This document shows, one piece after another, positions 47,196 to 56,762 of a stretch of 64,000 nt of DNA. The notes beneath the pieces are model-generated. The model saw only the letters and a list, made by a program, of their open reading frames with translations. It made no database searches and was not told where the DNA came from. Origin of the DNA: an uncultured Oscillospiraceae bacterium (GTDB lineage: Bacteria > Bacillota > Clostridia > UBA1212 > UBA1255); NCBI GenBank assembly GCA_902472555.1, contig CABROF010000002.1:28404-92403 (forward strand), given 5' to 3'. Position numbers and translations under genes: made by a program. Within the stretch, counting starts at the first letter, position 1, and each line of letters starts with the position of its first letter.

Positions 47196-48452
47196 TCAGA
47201 ATGTAAACAGCCCGCTGAAATCAAAGGTTGCAAAGTAATCCTTCGGCGTTTCCGCCCGCCGGATCATTTCCACGGTGCCGTCCTCTTTCAAAAGCAGCTC
47301 CGCGCTCCGAAGCTTGCCGTTATAATTATATCCCATGGAAAATCCGTGTGCCCCGGCATCCTGTATCGCCAGGATATCTCCCACGCTGATTTCCGGCAAA
47401 GGCCTGTCAATCGCAAATTTATCGTTGTTTTCACATAAGCCCCCGGTAACGTCGTAAATATGATCCGCAGGAGCGTTTTCCTTTCCCATTACTGTAATAT
47501 GATGATACGCGCCGTATATCGCGGGGCGCATCAGATTCGCGGCGCAGGCATCCAGCCCCACATAATGCTTGTACGTATCTTTTTTGTGCAGTACCTTAGA
47601 GAAGAGAATTCCGTGGGGTCCCGTTATGTATCGGCCAAGCTCCGTATAAATAGATAATCCGGCAATCGGAGAAGGCGCAATCACACGGTCATACGCCGCC
47701 TTAACGGTCTGTCCGATGTATTCCAGATCCGGCGCGGGGTCTTCCGGACGATACGGAATGCCGATTCCGCCAGACAGATTTACAAACCGGATATCCGCTC
47801 CGGTCTCTTGGTTCAGCCAGACCGCCGTTTCAAACAAAATCTCAGAGAGCTTGCCGTAATAATCCCGATCCAGCATGTTACTGGCCAAAAACGCATGCAG
47901 TCCGAAACGGCGGACACCCTTTTGCTGCAGCACTTTCACTCCGTCCAGAAGCTGCTGTTTCGTAAACCCGTACTTGGCCTCCCCCGGATTTCCCATAATC
48001 GTGTTGCCGATTTTAAAATCCCCGCCGGGATTGTAGCGCAGACACAGCGTTTCCGGCAGACCGCCGTTCTGCTCTAAAAATGCAATATGCGTATAATCAT
48101 CCAGATTAATGGTGGCATCCAGTTTTCTGGCATACCGGAAATCATCGGCAGGCGTAACATTCGAAGAAAACATAATTTCTGTTCCGCGGCATTTCAGGGC
48201 CTCCGCGATCATCAGCTCCGTGTAGGACGAGCAGTCCAGGCCGCAGCCCTCCTCCTGCATGATACGGATAAGAAACGGATTCGGGCATGCTTTTACGGCA
48301 AAGTACTCTTTATATCCCGGATTCCAGGAAAAGGCCGCAAAAAGTCGGCGAATACCGGCGCGGATGCCCTTTTCATCATATAAATAAAAAGGGGTGGCAT
48401 AATGGCTGCAGATCTCTTTGATTTGTTCATTTGTTACAAACGGTATTTTCAT
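47196..48452 (-). CDS. Diaminopimelate decarboxylase-family PLP enzyme (alanine racemase-fold group IV decarboxylase; substrate uncertain)
   Basis: Start set at MKIPFVTNEQ (ATG 48452, AAGAAGGGA RBS). FAVKACPNP PLP-lysine region, EPGRY-like and C-terminal beta domain. Confidence 0.7.
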   Translation of the reverse strand: MKIPFVTNEQIKEICSHYATPFYLYDEKGIRAGIRRLFAAFSWNPGYKEYFAVKACPNPFLIRIMQEEGCGLDCSSYTELMIAEALKCRGTEIMFSSNVTPADDFRYARKLDATINLDDYTHIAFLEQNGGLPETLCLRYNPGGDFKIGNTIMGNPGEAKYGFTKQQLLDGVKVLQQKGVRRFGLHAFLASNMLDRDYYGKLSEILFETAVWLNQETGADIRFVNLSGGIGIPYRPEDPAPDLEYIGQTVKAAYDRVIAPSPIAGLSIYTELGRYITGPHGILFSKVLHKKDTYKHYVGLDACAANLMRPAIYGAYHHITVMGKENAPADHIYDVTGGLCENNDKFAIDRPLPEISVGDILAIQDAGAHGFSMGYNYNGKLRSAELLLKEDGTVEMIRRAETPKDYFATFDFSGLFTF

Positions 48453-48471
48453 ATGATACAATCCCTTCTTT

Positions 48472-49107
48472 TTATTCTTCCACAAGAAACCGGTCGATGG
48501 CCACCCAAAGCTCTTGAATGCCTTCCCGTTTTTCGGCAGACACCGGGAGCACTGCAATTTCCTCCGGCAGCGCCAGTGCTTCCCGGATCAGGTTCAGCTG
48601 CGGCTTCACCTGAGATCTGTTTATTTTATCCGTTTTGGTCGCTACAATCAAGTAGGACAGACCTGAAGCACATATCCAGCGGTACATTTTCAGATCATCC
48701 GCAGAGGGTTTATGACGGATATCCAGCAGCAGCAGGACCAAATACAGCTGCGGACGTACATTCAGATAATTTTCAATGACTTTCCCCCACAGGTTTTTTT
48801 CGCTTTGCGGTACTGCGGCGAAGCCATATCCGGGCAGATCCACAAAATGCAGCTCATCGTCGAGGTTATAATAATTGATCTGCCGGGTCATCCCCTGCTT
48901 TGAACCGCTTCTGGCAAGGTTTTTCCGTCCCAAAAGCGCGTTGATCAGCGAAGATTTTCCGACATTAGACCGTCCCGCAAACGCCACCTCCAGAAGGTTG
49001 CAGTCCGGATATTGCTTCGGTGAAACAGCCGATATTACGAATTTCGGATTTTTAACAATCAAAATAGCCTCCTGTTCCGCCGTCTTATCCGAGCTTGGAA
49101 AATACAT
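48472..49107 (-). CDS. engB: Ribosome biogenesis GTPase YihA/YsxC
   Basis: EVAFAGRSNVGKSSLINAL G1, DLPGYG G3, TKTDK G4. Confidence 0.85.
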   Translation of the reverse strand: MYFPSSDKTAEQEAILIVKNPKFVISAVSPKQYPDCNLLEVAFAGRSNVGKSSLINALLGRKNLARSGSKQGMTRQINYYNLDDELHFVDLPGYGFAAVPQSEKNLWGKVIENYLNVRPQLYLVLLLLDIRHKPSADDLKMYRWICASGLSYLIVATKTDKINRSQVKPQLNLIREALALPEEIAVLPVSAEKREGIQELWVAIDRFLVEE

Positions 49108-49729
49108 CCGTGGCGCCGATCATCAAAATCATATCCTCCGAGGAAAGTACGTAATCGCCGTCCAGCGGTGCAGAAACACGCGTTTCATTTCTGGCGGCAA
49201 TGATATTGATTTTATATTTTTTATTGAGATTCAGTTCTTTCAGACTTTTATTTGCCCAGCCTGCGGGGCAGCGCATCTCTACAATGCCGAGGGCATCCCC
49301 AAAGCTCATGACATCCATAAAAGTCGGATGATTCAGCGCATGTGCGACCCGAATCGCCATGTCGTGCTCCGGCAGAATGATTTTGTCTGCCCCCACCTTC
49401 AGCAGCACCTTCGCATGCAGGTCCGACTGTGCCTTGGCCATCAAGTACTTTGCGCCCAGCTCTTTCAGCAGAACGGCTGTCAGGATACTGGTTTCCACAT
49501 CCGACGCAATGGAAAGCACCACCGCGTCAAAATCCTCCACATTCAATGCGCGCAGGGATTCCTCGTCCCTGCAGTCGGCCAGTACGGTCCCGGAAACATA
49601 ATCGTCAATCTCGGAAAAATGCTCTTCTTTCTCGTCCACGGCCAGCACTTCATTGCCAAGCTTTTTCAGCTCGACAGCCACACTTTTTCCAAACCGCCCC
49701 ATTCCGATTACCAAAAATGATTTTTTCAT
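49085..49729 (-). CDS. TrkA/KtrA-type potassium uptake regulatory protein (RCK N+C)
   Basis: Start set at MKKSFLVIGMGRFG (ATG 49729); Rossmann GxGxxG and TrkA-C. Confidence 0.75.
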   Translation of the reverse strand: MKKSFLVIGMGRFGKSVAVELKKLGNEVLAVDEKEEHFSEIDDYVSGTVLADCRDEESLRALNVEDFDAVVLSIASDVETSILTAVLLKELGAKYLMAKAQSDLHAKVLLKVGADKIILPEHDMAIRVAHALNHPTFMDVMSFGDALGIVEMRCPAGWANKSLKELNLNKKYKINIIAARNETRVSAPLDGDYVLSSEDMILMIGATDVFSKLG

Positions 49730-49788
49730 ATGCCTCACCATGTCTCTGCTGTACAAAGACTTCCTTTCTTTCAATCCCGAAATTTCTT

Positions 49789-50466
49789 TCAGTCTGCCGG
49801 AACCGCCGTTTTCTTTTCAGATTCCGCACTTATAACTTTTTTCAAAAAGCTTCTGCGGTGAATCCCGCACATCCCGTATACCGCAATCGCCTCATAATGC
49901 TGTTTTGTGCCGTAGCCCTTATGCTTTTCAAAGCCGTACTGCGGATACTGCGCTGCATACGCCGTCATCAGGCGATCCCGGGTAACCTTTGCGATAATAG
50001 AAGCCGCTCCAATGGATACGCTCAGTGCATCGCCGTGTGTAATCGGCAGCTGCGGAATTTCTATACCGGGAATCCGCACATGGTCCACCAGAAGCATCTC
50101 TGGCCCTTGTCCGCGCCGTTCATATGCCGCTGCTGCGGCCTGTGCCGCAGCCTGCCGCATGGCAGCGTACGTTGCCTGCAGAATGTTCATCTCATCGATC
50201 ATGACATGATCCGATATCCCAATGCCCACAGCGACAGCAGTATCTATAATTTCCTGATACAGCACCTCCCGTTTTTCCGGCTTTAATTTTTTGGAATCGT
50301 CTGCCCGCGGGAAGGGCCCTTCCGACGGAAACAAAACGCAGGCGGCAACTACCGGGCCGGCCAGCGGACCTCTCCCTGCTTCGTCAACGCCTCCGATCAG
50401 CTGAAAGCCTTGGGCCGCCAATTCCGTTTCATATCTGCAAAGCATGGTAAAATGTTCATCCGTCAT
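49789..50466 (-). CDS. rnhB: Ribonuclease HII
   Basis: GVDEAGRGPLAGPVVAA active-site motif. Confidence 0.9.
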   Translation of the reverse strand: MTDEHFTMLCRYETELAAQGFQLIGGVDEAGRGPLAGPVVAACVLFPSEGPFPRADDSKKLKPEKREVLYQEIIDTAVAVGIGISDHVMIDEMNILQATYAAMRQAAAQAAAAAYERRGQGPEMLLVDHVRIPGIEIPQLPITHGDALSVSIGAASIIAKVTRDRLMTAYAAQYPQYGFEKHKGYGTKQHYEAIAVYGMCGIHRRSFLKKVISAESEKKTAVPAD

Positions 50467-51427
50467 TTTCGCCCGCCGTCCTTTCCCCTTTGCCGCATCG
50501 GGAAACCGTTTCTGCGCGATCTAAAGAAATACGGCCCAGCTTTCCGGCACGAAAATCGTCAAGGACAATGCCTGCGGCGCGATAAAGATCCACGGCGCCG
50601 CCCTTCATGAAACAGCCGCGCTGCCTGCCGCACGCAGTCAGCAGCGCCGCCCCTGTCTCGGCCTTCCGCAGCAGAAACGTGCTGTCGTCCTCACACTCCT
50701 GCGCACCGCGTTCATATTCTGTACAGGCAATCCGGTAGCGCCCCGCCAGCGCCTCCGGATAATAATCCAGCAAAAATACCAGCAAAAAGCAGGCAATATC
50801 CGTTACATCCAGCACATCGTCTTTAATTGCGCCGGTGCATGCCAATTTATATGCGCAGCGCTGGTCTTCAAACTTCGGCCACAAAAGTCCCGGTGTATCC
50901 AGCAGATAAATATCATCCTTCATCCGCAGCCATTGCTTGTTCCTTGTAACACCCGGCTTATCCCCGGTTACAGCGGCAGCCTTTCCGGCGACCCGGTTGA
51001 TAAAAGAAGATTTTCCGACATTCGGAATGCCCACCGCCATTGTCCGGATCACCGGCGTCTTACGGCCTTTTTCTTCATATCGCTTTGTCTTCTCCGCCAT
51101 AACGGTTTTCAGCAGCGCCGTAACCTCTTTTACGCCGCTGCCCCTCTGACAGTCTGTAAAAAGAACCGGAATTCCCGAATTTTTATAATAGCCTTTCCAA
51201 TATCCGCTCACCGCGCTGTCGGCTAAATCCTTTTTATTTGCCACCATCACCCGCGGCTTCTGACTGAGGATCCTGTCTATTTCCGGATTTCTGCTGCTGT
51301 AGGGAATACGCGCATCCACCAGCTCCACCACTACATCTACAAGGCGCATATTCTCGGAAAGCACCCGCCGGGCTCTGGCCATATGGCCGGGAAACCATTG
51401 GATATTGGCGATCCGTTCCTCATCCAT
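50456..51427 (-). CDS. rbgA: Ribosome biogenesis GTPase A (YlqF/RbgA)
   Basis: Start set at [17 protein letters not shown] (ATG 51427, GGGAGG RBS). Circularly permuted GTPase motifs (NKKDL...GIPNVGKSS). Confidence 0.85.
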   Translation of the reverse strand: MDEERIANIQWFPGHMARARRVLSENMRLVDVVVELVDARIPYSSRNPEIDRILSQKPRVMVANKKDLADSAVSGYWKGYYKNSGIPVLFTDCQRGSGVKEVTALLKTVMAEKTKRYEEKGRKTPVIRTMAVGIPNVGKSSFINRVAGKAAAVTGDKPGVTRNKQWLRMKDDIYLLDTPGLLWPKFEDQRCAYKLACTGAIKDDVLDVTDIACFLLVFLLDYYPEALAGRYRIACTEYERGAQECEDDSTFLLRKAETGAALLTACGRQRGCFMKGGAVDLYRAAGIVLDDFRAGKLGRISLDRAETVSRCGKGERTAGENDG

Positions 51428-52049
51428 CCTGCACGCCTCCCTGATCCCGGCATGCCAGCCGCGCATTTTCACGGAACTGTTTCTTATGATTTTCAAAAAG
51501 ATTGTTTCCCTGCGTATCAATGGATACGATCAGCGGTCCGAATTCCCGCACCTGAAGAATCCAGAACGCCTCCGGCATACCGAAGTCCTCCCATTCCACC
51601 CCTGCAATCCGTTCCACCTGATCCGCCGCAACCACGGCACAGCCCCCGGGATATACACAGTGAATGGCTTTATATGTCGCGCAGGCGGCCGCCGTATCCG
51701 CGCCCATTCCGCCTTTGCCGATAATCACCTTTACGCCGGTTTCAGAGATAAATGCTTTTTCATACTGCTCCATCCGCATACTGGTGGTGGGCCCCACGGA
51801 AACCATCTGCCACGTCCCGTCCTCATTTTTTTTCACAATCGGGCCGGCATGCAGCACCGCTTTTCCTTTTAAAGCATATTGCGGCCGAATGCCCTTTACG
51901 GTCAGGCGCTTATGCCCGTCATCCCGGCAGGTTGCCGCACCGCCCGTAAGATAGATAATGTCGCCGATCCGCAGATCTGCAATATCGTCATCCGCAATCG
52001 GCGTCAAAAGGATTTTTTTCCCGTCCCGTTCCACGATCATATCCAGCAT
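51420..52049 (-). CDS. Class I (Fe-S) fumarate hydratase / tartrate dehydratase beta subunit
   Basis: Fumerase_C-like domain ([21 protein letters not shown]...HAGPIV). Confidence 0.75.
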   Translation of the reverse strand: MLDMIVERDGKKILLTPIADDDIADLRIGDIIYLTGGAATCRDDGHKRLTVKGIRPQYALKGKAVLHAGPIVKKNEDGTWQMVSVGPTTSMRMEQYEKAFISETGVKVIIGKGGMGADTAAACATYKAIHCVYPGGCAVVAADQVERIAGVEWEDFGMPEAFWILQVREFGPLIVSIDTQGNNLFENHKKQFRENARLACRDQGGVQDG

Positions 52050-52070
52050 CCTCTCTTTTTCCGTGGGATT

Positions 52071-53030
52071 TCACTCGCTTGCACATGTACAAGCTTTCTT
52101 TTGTTCCTGCTCCCGGCAGCGCAAATGAGACAGCAGCCGGCAGTGCAGCTCCTTGTCCACATGCACACAGGCTCTGCGGGTTGCCCAGCAGCCCACCGAA
52201 ACGCCAACGGCCAGCGTCGCAGGATGATGTGCTTCCCACTCCACATGCACATCCAGTACCGTGCGCCTTCCTGTCAACCCCTGGGGGCCGATGCGAAGGG
52301 CATCCAGCAGCCGGATCAATTCCATTTCAAAGGCAGCAGCGTCGCTGTTTTCATTCCGGCTTCCTACGGGACGCAGCAGCGCACGCTTAGACAGTACGGC
52401 AGCGCGATCCGCACAGGTACCGATCCCGACCCCAACCAGCAAAGGCGGACATGCATTAATGCCGCGGTCCAAAACCGTGTCTATCACATACTGTCTGATT
52501 CCTTCAAATCCCGCCGCGGGCATTAAAACCATAGATCGTCCCGGCATCAGCACCATGGCCTTTCCCGGAAGGGAGCAGCCGCCGCCTGCCATATAGAGTT
52601 CAATTGTCAGATCATCTGAATCGGAAATGCTTGTCCACTCTATGCATGGCGCGCCGGTTCCGATATTGGTACCGGTATTCTTTCCGGTAAAGGTTTCCAC
52701 CACATTGGGGCGGAGCGGCACTTCGATCGTGGCACGCCGCACCGCTTCATTCAGAATTCCGGGCAATTCCGCCAGCAGCGGGAACCGGGCGCCTGCCCGG
52801 ATATGAAACTGAAGAATTCCCGTATCCTGACAGACCGGTCTGCCCGATGAGGAAGCGCGCTCCATATTTTCCAACATACAATCGTAAATCGCCCCGGCAG
52901 GCTGGCTGTCTTCTTCCTTACGCATACGAATCAGACAATCGTAAATATCATCCGGCAGATGCTTGGACATCAATCCGATAATCTGCGTCATTTTATCTGT
53001 TAATAAACAAATACGGTCCTCTTGATCCAA
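52071..53030 (-). CDS. Class I (Fe-S) fumarate hydratase / tartrate dehydratase alpha subunit (apparent TTG start)
   Basis: N-terminal catalytic domain motifs (CQDTGI, Cys ligands). The first codon is TTG, preceded by a GGGAGG RBS. Confidence 0.7.
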   Translation of the reverse strand: MDQEDRICLLTDKMTQIIGLMSKHLPDDIYDCLIRMRKEEDSQPAGAIYDCMLENMERASSSGRPVCQDTGILQFHIRAGARFPLLAELPGILNEAVRRATIEVPLRPNVVETFTGKNTGTNIGTGAPCIEWTSISDSDDLTIELYMAGGGCSLPGKAMVLMPGRSMVLMPAAGFEGIRQYVIDTVLDRGINACPPLLVGVGIGTCADRAAVLSKRALLRPVGSRNENSDAAAFEMELIRLLDALRIGPQGLTGRRTVLDVHVEWEAHHPATLAVGVSVGCWATRRACVHVDKELHCRLLSHLRCREQEQKKACTCASE

Positions 53031-53096
53031 ACAGCAGCGCCTCCCGAAGCAATCTCAATGTAAAGAACTTCAAATTAGAATTTTACTATAGAATTT

Positions 53097-53128
53097 TTTA
53101 TTTGTAAAGCATGGCGCCATTGCACGGC
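53097..53128 (+). repeat. 32-bp perfect direct repeat, left copy (tttatttgtaaagcatggcgccattgcacggc)
   Basis: Identical 32-mer recurs at 56194..56225; contains the 10-bp palindrome ATGGCGCCAT. Confidence 0.9.
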
Positions 53129-53262
53129 CAAGGCTTACGCATGAATGTGTTTCGCAGCCAAAATTCATACATCAAATAAAAAAACTACAAATTCATAATT
53201 CGCGTTCATAATTCGCGCCAAATGTTTTTCGGGATTTGTACCGATTGCATACCGCTTCTTTT

Positions 53263-53502
53263 TCAGGCCATGGCGAACACTCTTTGGATCGTATCATGGG
53301 AGGGAATCCCATTGGGAAGTTCCAGATAATTCCTTAGAAACTTCTCGTGTTCTCTTCCGAACACCTCCATTTCCACCCAGTCATCTGCATCTGCGCGCGT
53401 TGCGAAAAAGACAAGCATAATAATATCTATCATCTTATGCAGTACCTTCTTCTCCTGCCAGATATCCGTCACTGTACTTACATACTCCAAAAGAGTTTTC
53501 AT
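53263..53502 (-). pseudogene. Truncated ISAs1-family transposase (N-terminal DDE_Tnp_1-associated fragment only, 79 aa)
   Basis: MKTLLEYVSTVTD...IIMLVFFATRADADDW..ME.FG matches the ISAs1/H-repeat transposase N-terminus. The ORF terminates early and no catalytic DDE domain follows. Confidence 0.6.
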
Positions 53503-53663
53503 AACAATCCATCCTTTTTCCTTTGATTATACCAAAAAGATGAAATGTTCATAATTTATTATTTCATGCGTTCGTCGTGGTCATGCAATCGGCATCATAT
53601 TCACATTTTGTGCATTATGAGGGACTCCTGCATGAAGAGCAACAGTCCCTCGAATCCATACCT

Positions 53664-54533
53664 TTACGCTTTTTTCTTACGCAAATATATTCCGCCAAAC
53701 ACAAGACCGACTGCCAGCAGAACAATGCAGAGCGAAATGCCGCCCCATAGCAAATACTTGTTTGTATTGTCCGACGCTGTAACAGCATTGTCGTTGCCAA
53801 TCGGAATTTTTGCATTTCGGTTAAAAGTATTTGCGTTAATATCGTATGGTGATAAATCCCAAACACCACCGATATTGATTCCTCCCGGGGGGGTATCAGC
53901 GTCCATTTTACCGTATACGGCTTTCATCAATTCGAAAAAATCCGCCGCAGGAAACAAATACTCTTTTCCGCCAGTCAAGTAATACTTATAATAAACATAA
54001 TCACCTTTATTCGTTTCATAGTACAGTGCCGTACCTTGGTGGTTGGATTCACCCCAAAGATAATAAACATTTTTGACCGTAATATCTGACGATATTTTAT
54101 CGAGACCTTTTTGATTTAAAAATGCAGATAGCGTCTCTGCGTCACAGATGTATTGTTCGTCATTCATCTTTACAGATTTCATATCATCTGTAATTGATTG
54201 AACTGATAAAACATTTTTGTTCGATACAATCGCATATAATGTCTGAAGGACATGCTTACTTTTCATGATCTCATCGATGCTGCCATATTCACTAAAAGCA
54301 TACACTATAGGTATGTTATATATTTTTACAACATTATTAGAGCCCTCAGTATCAAGAATATTTAATATTTCCTTGCTTACATACTTCGAACTGTATTCAT
54401 TCATTCCAGCAGAATTTTCCGTAATTTTGCTGATCAACTCTTCTTTTTTCATAGTTTCCTCCGCATGAATCGTTAGTGGCATGACTGCAATTATAGTCAA
54501 GAGCAAGCATAATATTACCATAATTCTTTTCAT
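53664..54533 (-). CDS. Secreted, C-terminally membrane-anchored protein of unknown function (paralog A)
   Basis: Signal peptide MKRIMVILCLLLTIIAVMPLTIHA; C-terminal TM plus KKKA tail. AT-rich, with AAAGGAG RBS. Confidence 0.6.
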   Translation of the reverse strand: MKRIMVILCLLLTIIAVMPLTIHAEETMKKEELISKITENSAGMNEYSSKYVSKEILNILDTEGSNNVVKIYNIPIVYAFSEYGSIDEIMKSKHVLQTLYAIVSNKNVLSVQSITDDMKSVKMNDEQYICDAETLSAFLNQKGLDKISSDITVKNVYYLWGESNHQGTALYYETNKGDYVYYKYYLTGGKEYLFPAADFFELMKAVYGKMDADTPPGGINIGGVWDLSPYDINANTFNRNAKIPIGNDNAVTASDNTNKYLLWGGISLCIVLLAVGLVFGGIYLRKKKA

Positions 54534-54705
54534 TATATAGACACTCCTTTACCAAAATAAATTTTTATATTTATCCTGTGTTTAATTAAAATTCAATTTC
54601 AAACAGGAGTAAGGGTATTACCGGAATAGCTTGTATTCACCACTACAAAACTTCCCATATACCGGTATCTGGTTGTTCACCATTCAAAGCATTCAGTCCA
54701 TACCT

Positions 54706-55524
54706 TTACGCTTTTTTCTTACGCAAATATATTCCGCCAAACACAAGACCGACTGCCAGCAGAACAATGCAGAGCGAAATGCCGCCCCATAGCAAATACT
54801 TGTTTGTATTGCCCGACGCTGTAACACTGTTATTGTCGTTGCCAGTCGGAATCTTTACATTCAAGTTAAAGGTGCTTGCGTTAATATCGTATTTTGATAA
54901 ATCCCAAACCCCGTTGATAGCTACCCCACCATATGAATCAGCATATTTTTTTCTTTCATCAGAGATTGCTTTTTGATACATGCAGAACTCTTCTATCGGA
55001 AACAGGTATTCCCCTTCACCGAGTTCATAGTAATTATAATAAACGTAGTCACCTTTGTTTGTTTCATAATAAATCGCCGTACCCATATGATTTGTTTCGC
55101 CTGAAAGGTAGTAAGTATTATAAATTACTATATCTGATGAGACCTTTTCTATTATTTTGTCATTTTGAAAAGCATTCAATGCCTTTTGATTGCTGCTATA
55201 TACTTCAAATTCGTGACATTCACCATCATAAATTGCCTTATATTCGAATAAGCCGTTTGAAGATTTCACAGCATAATAAATCTGTAATGCTTCATTGCCT
55301 GCCAATACCTCACTGATGTTGCTATATTCGGTAAAAGCAAAGCGTAATGGAATATTATAAATTCTTATAACCTCCTCATCTTCTTGCAAGGCAAGCTGTT
55401 TTTTTATTTCCTCACTGATCGTTGTTGAATCTTCTTTTTTCATATTGTCCTCCGCATAAATTGTAAGTGTCATACACGAGATAACAAGTAAGGTTACTGC
55501 TAATAATATAATTACTTTTTTCAT
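54706..55524 (-). CDS. Secreted, C-terminally membrane-anchored protein of unknown function (paralog B)
   Basis: MKKVIILLAVTLLVISCMTLTIYA signal; shares the core YYETNKGDYVYY and an identical C-terminal anchor with paralog A. TATAAT plus AAAGGAG upstream. Confidence 0.6.
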   Translation of the reverse strand: MKKVIILLAVTLLVISCMTLTIYAEDNMKKEDSTTISEEIKKQLALQEDEEVIRIYNIPLRFAFTEYSNISEVLAGNEALQIYYAVKSSNGLFEYKAIYDGECHEFEVYSSNQKALNAFQNDKIIEKVSSDIVIYNTYYLSGETNHMGTAIYYETNKGDYVYYNYYELGEGEYLFPIEEFCMYQKAISDERKKYADSYGGVAINGVWDLSKYDINASTFNLNVKIPTGNDNNSVTASGNTNKYLLWGGISLCIVLLAVGLVFGGIYLRKKKA

Positions 55525-55788
55525 AATAAACACTCCTTTATTAAATTATATCACGAAAATTCCCGCGGTATATATTATATTGTATGTCTAATTCCCGATT
55601 TGCGGAGTATTCTCCATTTTTCCATGCTTTAACAAGATTTGTAATGTTAAACGTATTATCTGAAACGGTAATAGATGTATAGATCGGTTGAGATTTTCCA
55701 TTGTTTACATTTTAGAAATCAGAATCCATAGCCTTGTTGTGAACAGTGTAAAATTCGCCGCAACAGGCAAGTGAAATAAACCATTGTA

Positions 55789-55830
55789 AAAAGCGCAAAA
55801 ACCGACTTACACAGCGGCTTTTGCGCTTTT
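55789..55830. terminator. Bidirectional terminator-like hairpin (aaaagcgcaaaa...ttttgcgctttttt)
   Basis: 9-bp stem flanked by an A-run and a T-run, in the AT-rich gene-less part of the islet. Confidence 0.45.
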
Positions 55831-56193
55831 TTAAAGGATTAATAAATGATACCTTTCACATGGTATGAAAAGCAAATTACTCAATTGCGGATCGCCGCTG
55901 TAATATGATATACTGTCAATTATAACCATATTTTTGGGCCCCTTGTAACACTGATTGGAATAAAACTCCATTTTTATTATATAAATATCATAAATAAATC
56001 GAACTGTCAACAGTTCATACAAAAACAAATAAATACTTACTCTACAAGACCCGTCTTTTGTATTTAGCACCATATTCTTTAAGAAAATAAAGAAGTCCAT
56101 AATCCTTTGAACACCCTGAAAACGGGCGTTTTTTATTTTAAAGAAAACACTTGTAAAAAATGATTTTTCGCAGTATGGATACAAAAGTCAGGG

Positions 56194-56225
56194 TTTATTT
56201 GTAAAGCATGGCGCCATTGCACGGC
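56194..56225 (+). repeat. 32-bp perfect direct repeat, right copy
   Basis: Identical to 53097..53128. Confidence 0.9.
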
Positions 56226-56427
56226 AGAACAGCAGTGGCAAAAGGGAAACGATAAAATTTTCCCAAAGCTTCTCTGCTGTTTTCAGACCGCACGGAGCCG
56301 CCATCCGCCGTTTCCATATAAAAACAGCATATAAAATCACATAAATACAGAGCCAAACGTAACATCCGTACATAGACAAATAAAAGACCCGGATGGTATA
56401 ATGGCCCAAAAAGAGGTGGAGCCTGAC

Positions 56428-56742
56428 ATGCAGAAGAATACATTTCAGATGATCTATGAAATTGTCCGGGAAATTCCCCGGGGAAAGGTTGCTACCTATG
56501 GCCAGATCGCAGGCATGACGGGTAATCCACGCCTATCGAGAGCCGTGGGATATGCGCTGCATGTAAATCCCGAACCCGGTATCATTCCCTGCCATCGTGT
56601 CGTCAAAAAAGGCGGGGTCCTCTCCGAAGCATTTGCTTTCGGCGGAATCAATCGGCAGAGGGCGCTTTTAGAGGCAGAGGGCGTCGTATTCACGCCGGAA
56701 GGAACCGTCGATATGACGCAATGCATGTGGTACGGATGGTAA
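56428..56742 (+). CDS. MGMT-family protein (methylated-DNA-protein-cysteine methyltransferase DNA-binding domain only, Atl/Ogt C-domain-like)
   Basis: IPRGKVATYGQIA...PCHRVV active-site motif. 104 aa, so no N-terminal domain. GAGGTGGAG RBS. Confidence 0.75.
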   Translation: MQKNTFQMIYEIVREIPRGKVATYGQIAGMTGNPRLSRAVGYALHVNPEPGIIPCHRVVKKGGVLSEAFAFGGINRQRALLEAEGVVFTPEGTVDMTQCMWYGW

Positions 56743-56762
56743 CGGAGGGAAAGGGCAGGTAC

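Noticed and set aside
52531-52580. Apparent in-frame duplication KAMVLMPGRSMVLMP in fumarate hydratase alpha
   Set aside because: The two peptide repeats use different codons (no DNA-level tandem repeat), so it is unlikely to be a slippage or assembly artefact.
53545-53982. 145-aa + ORF in the islet
   Set aside because: Antisense to the better-supported secreted-protein gene (signal peptide, RBS, paralog support).
55831-56184. 117-aa minus ORF in the AT-rich part of the islet
   Set aside because: Phe/Ile/Tyr-rich low-complexity translation of AT-rich DNA with no RBS. It is probably non-coding, although the adjacent bidirectional terminator suggests something was once transcribed here.
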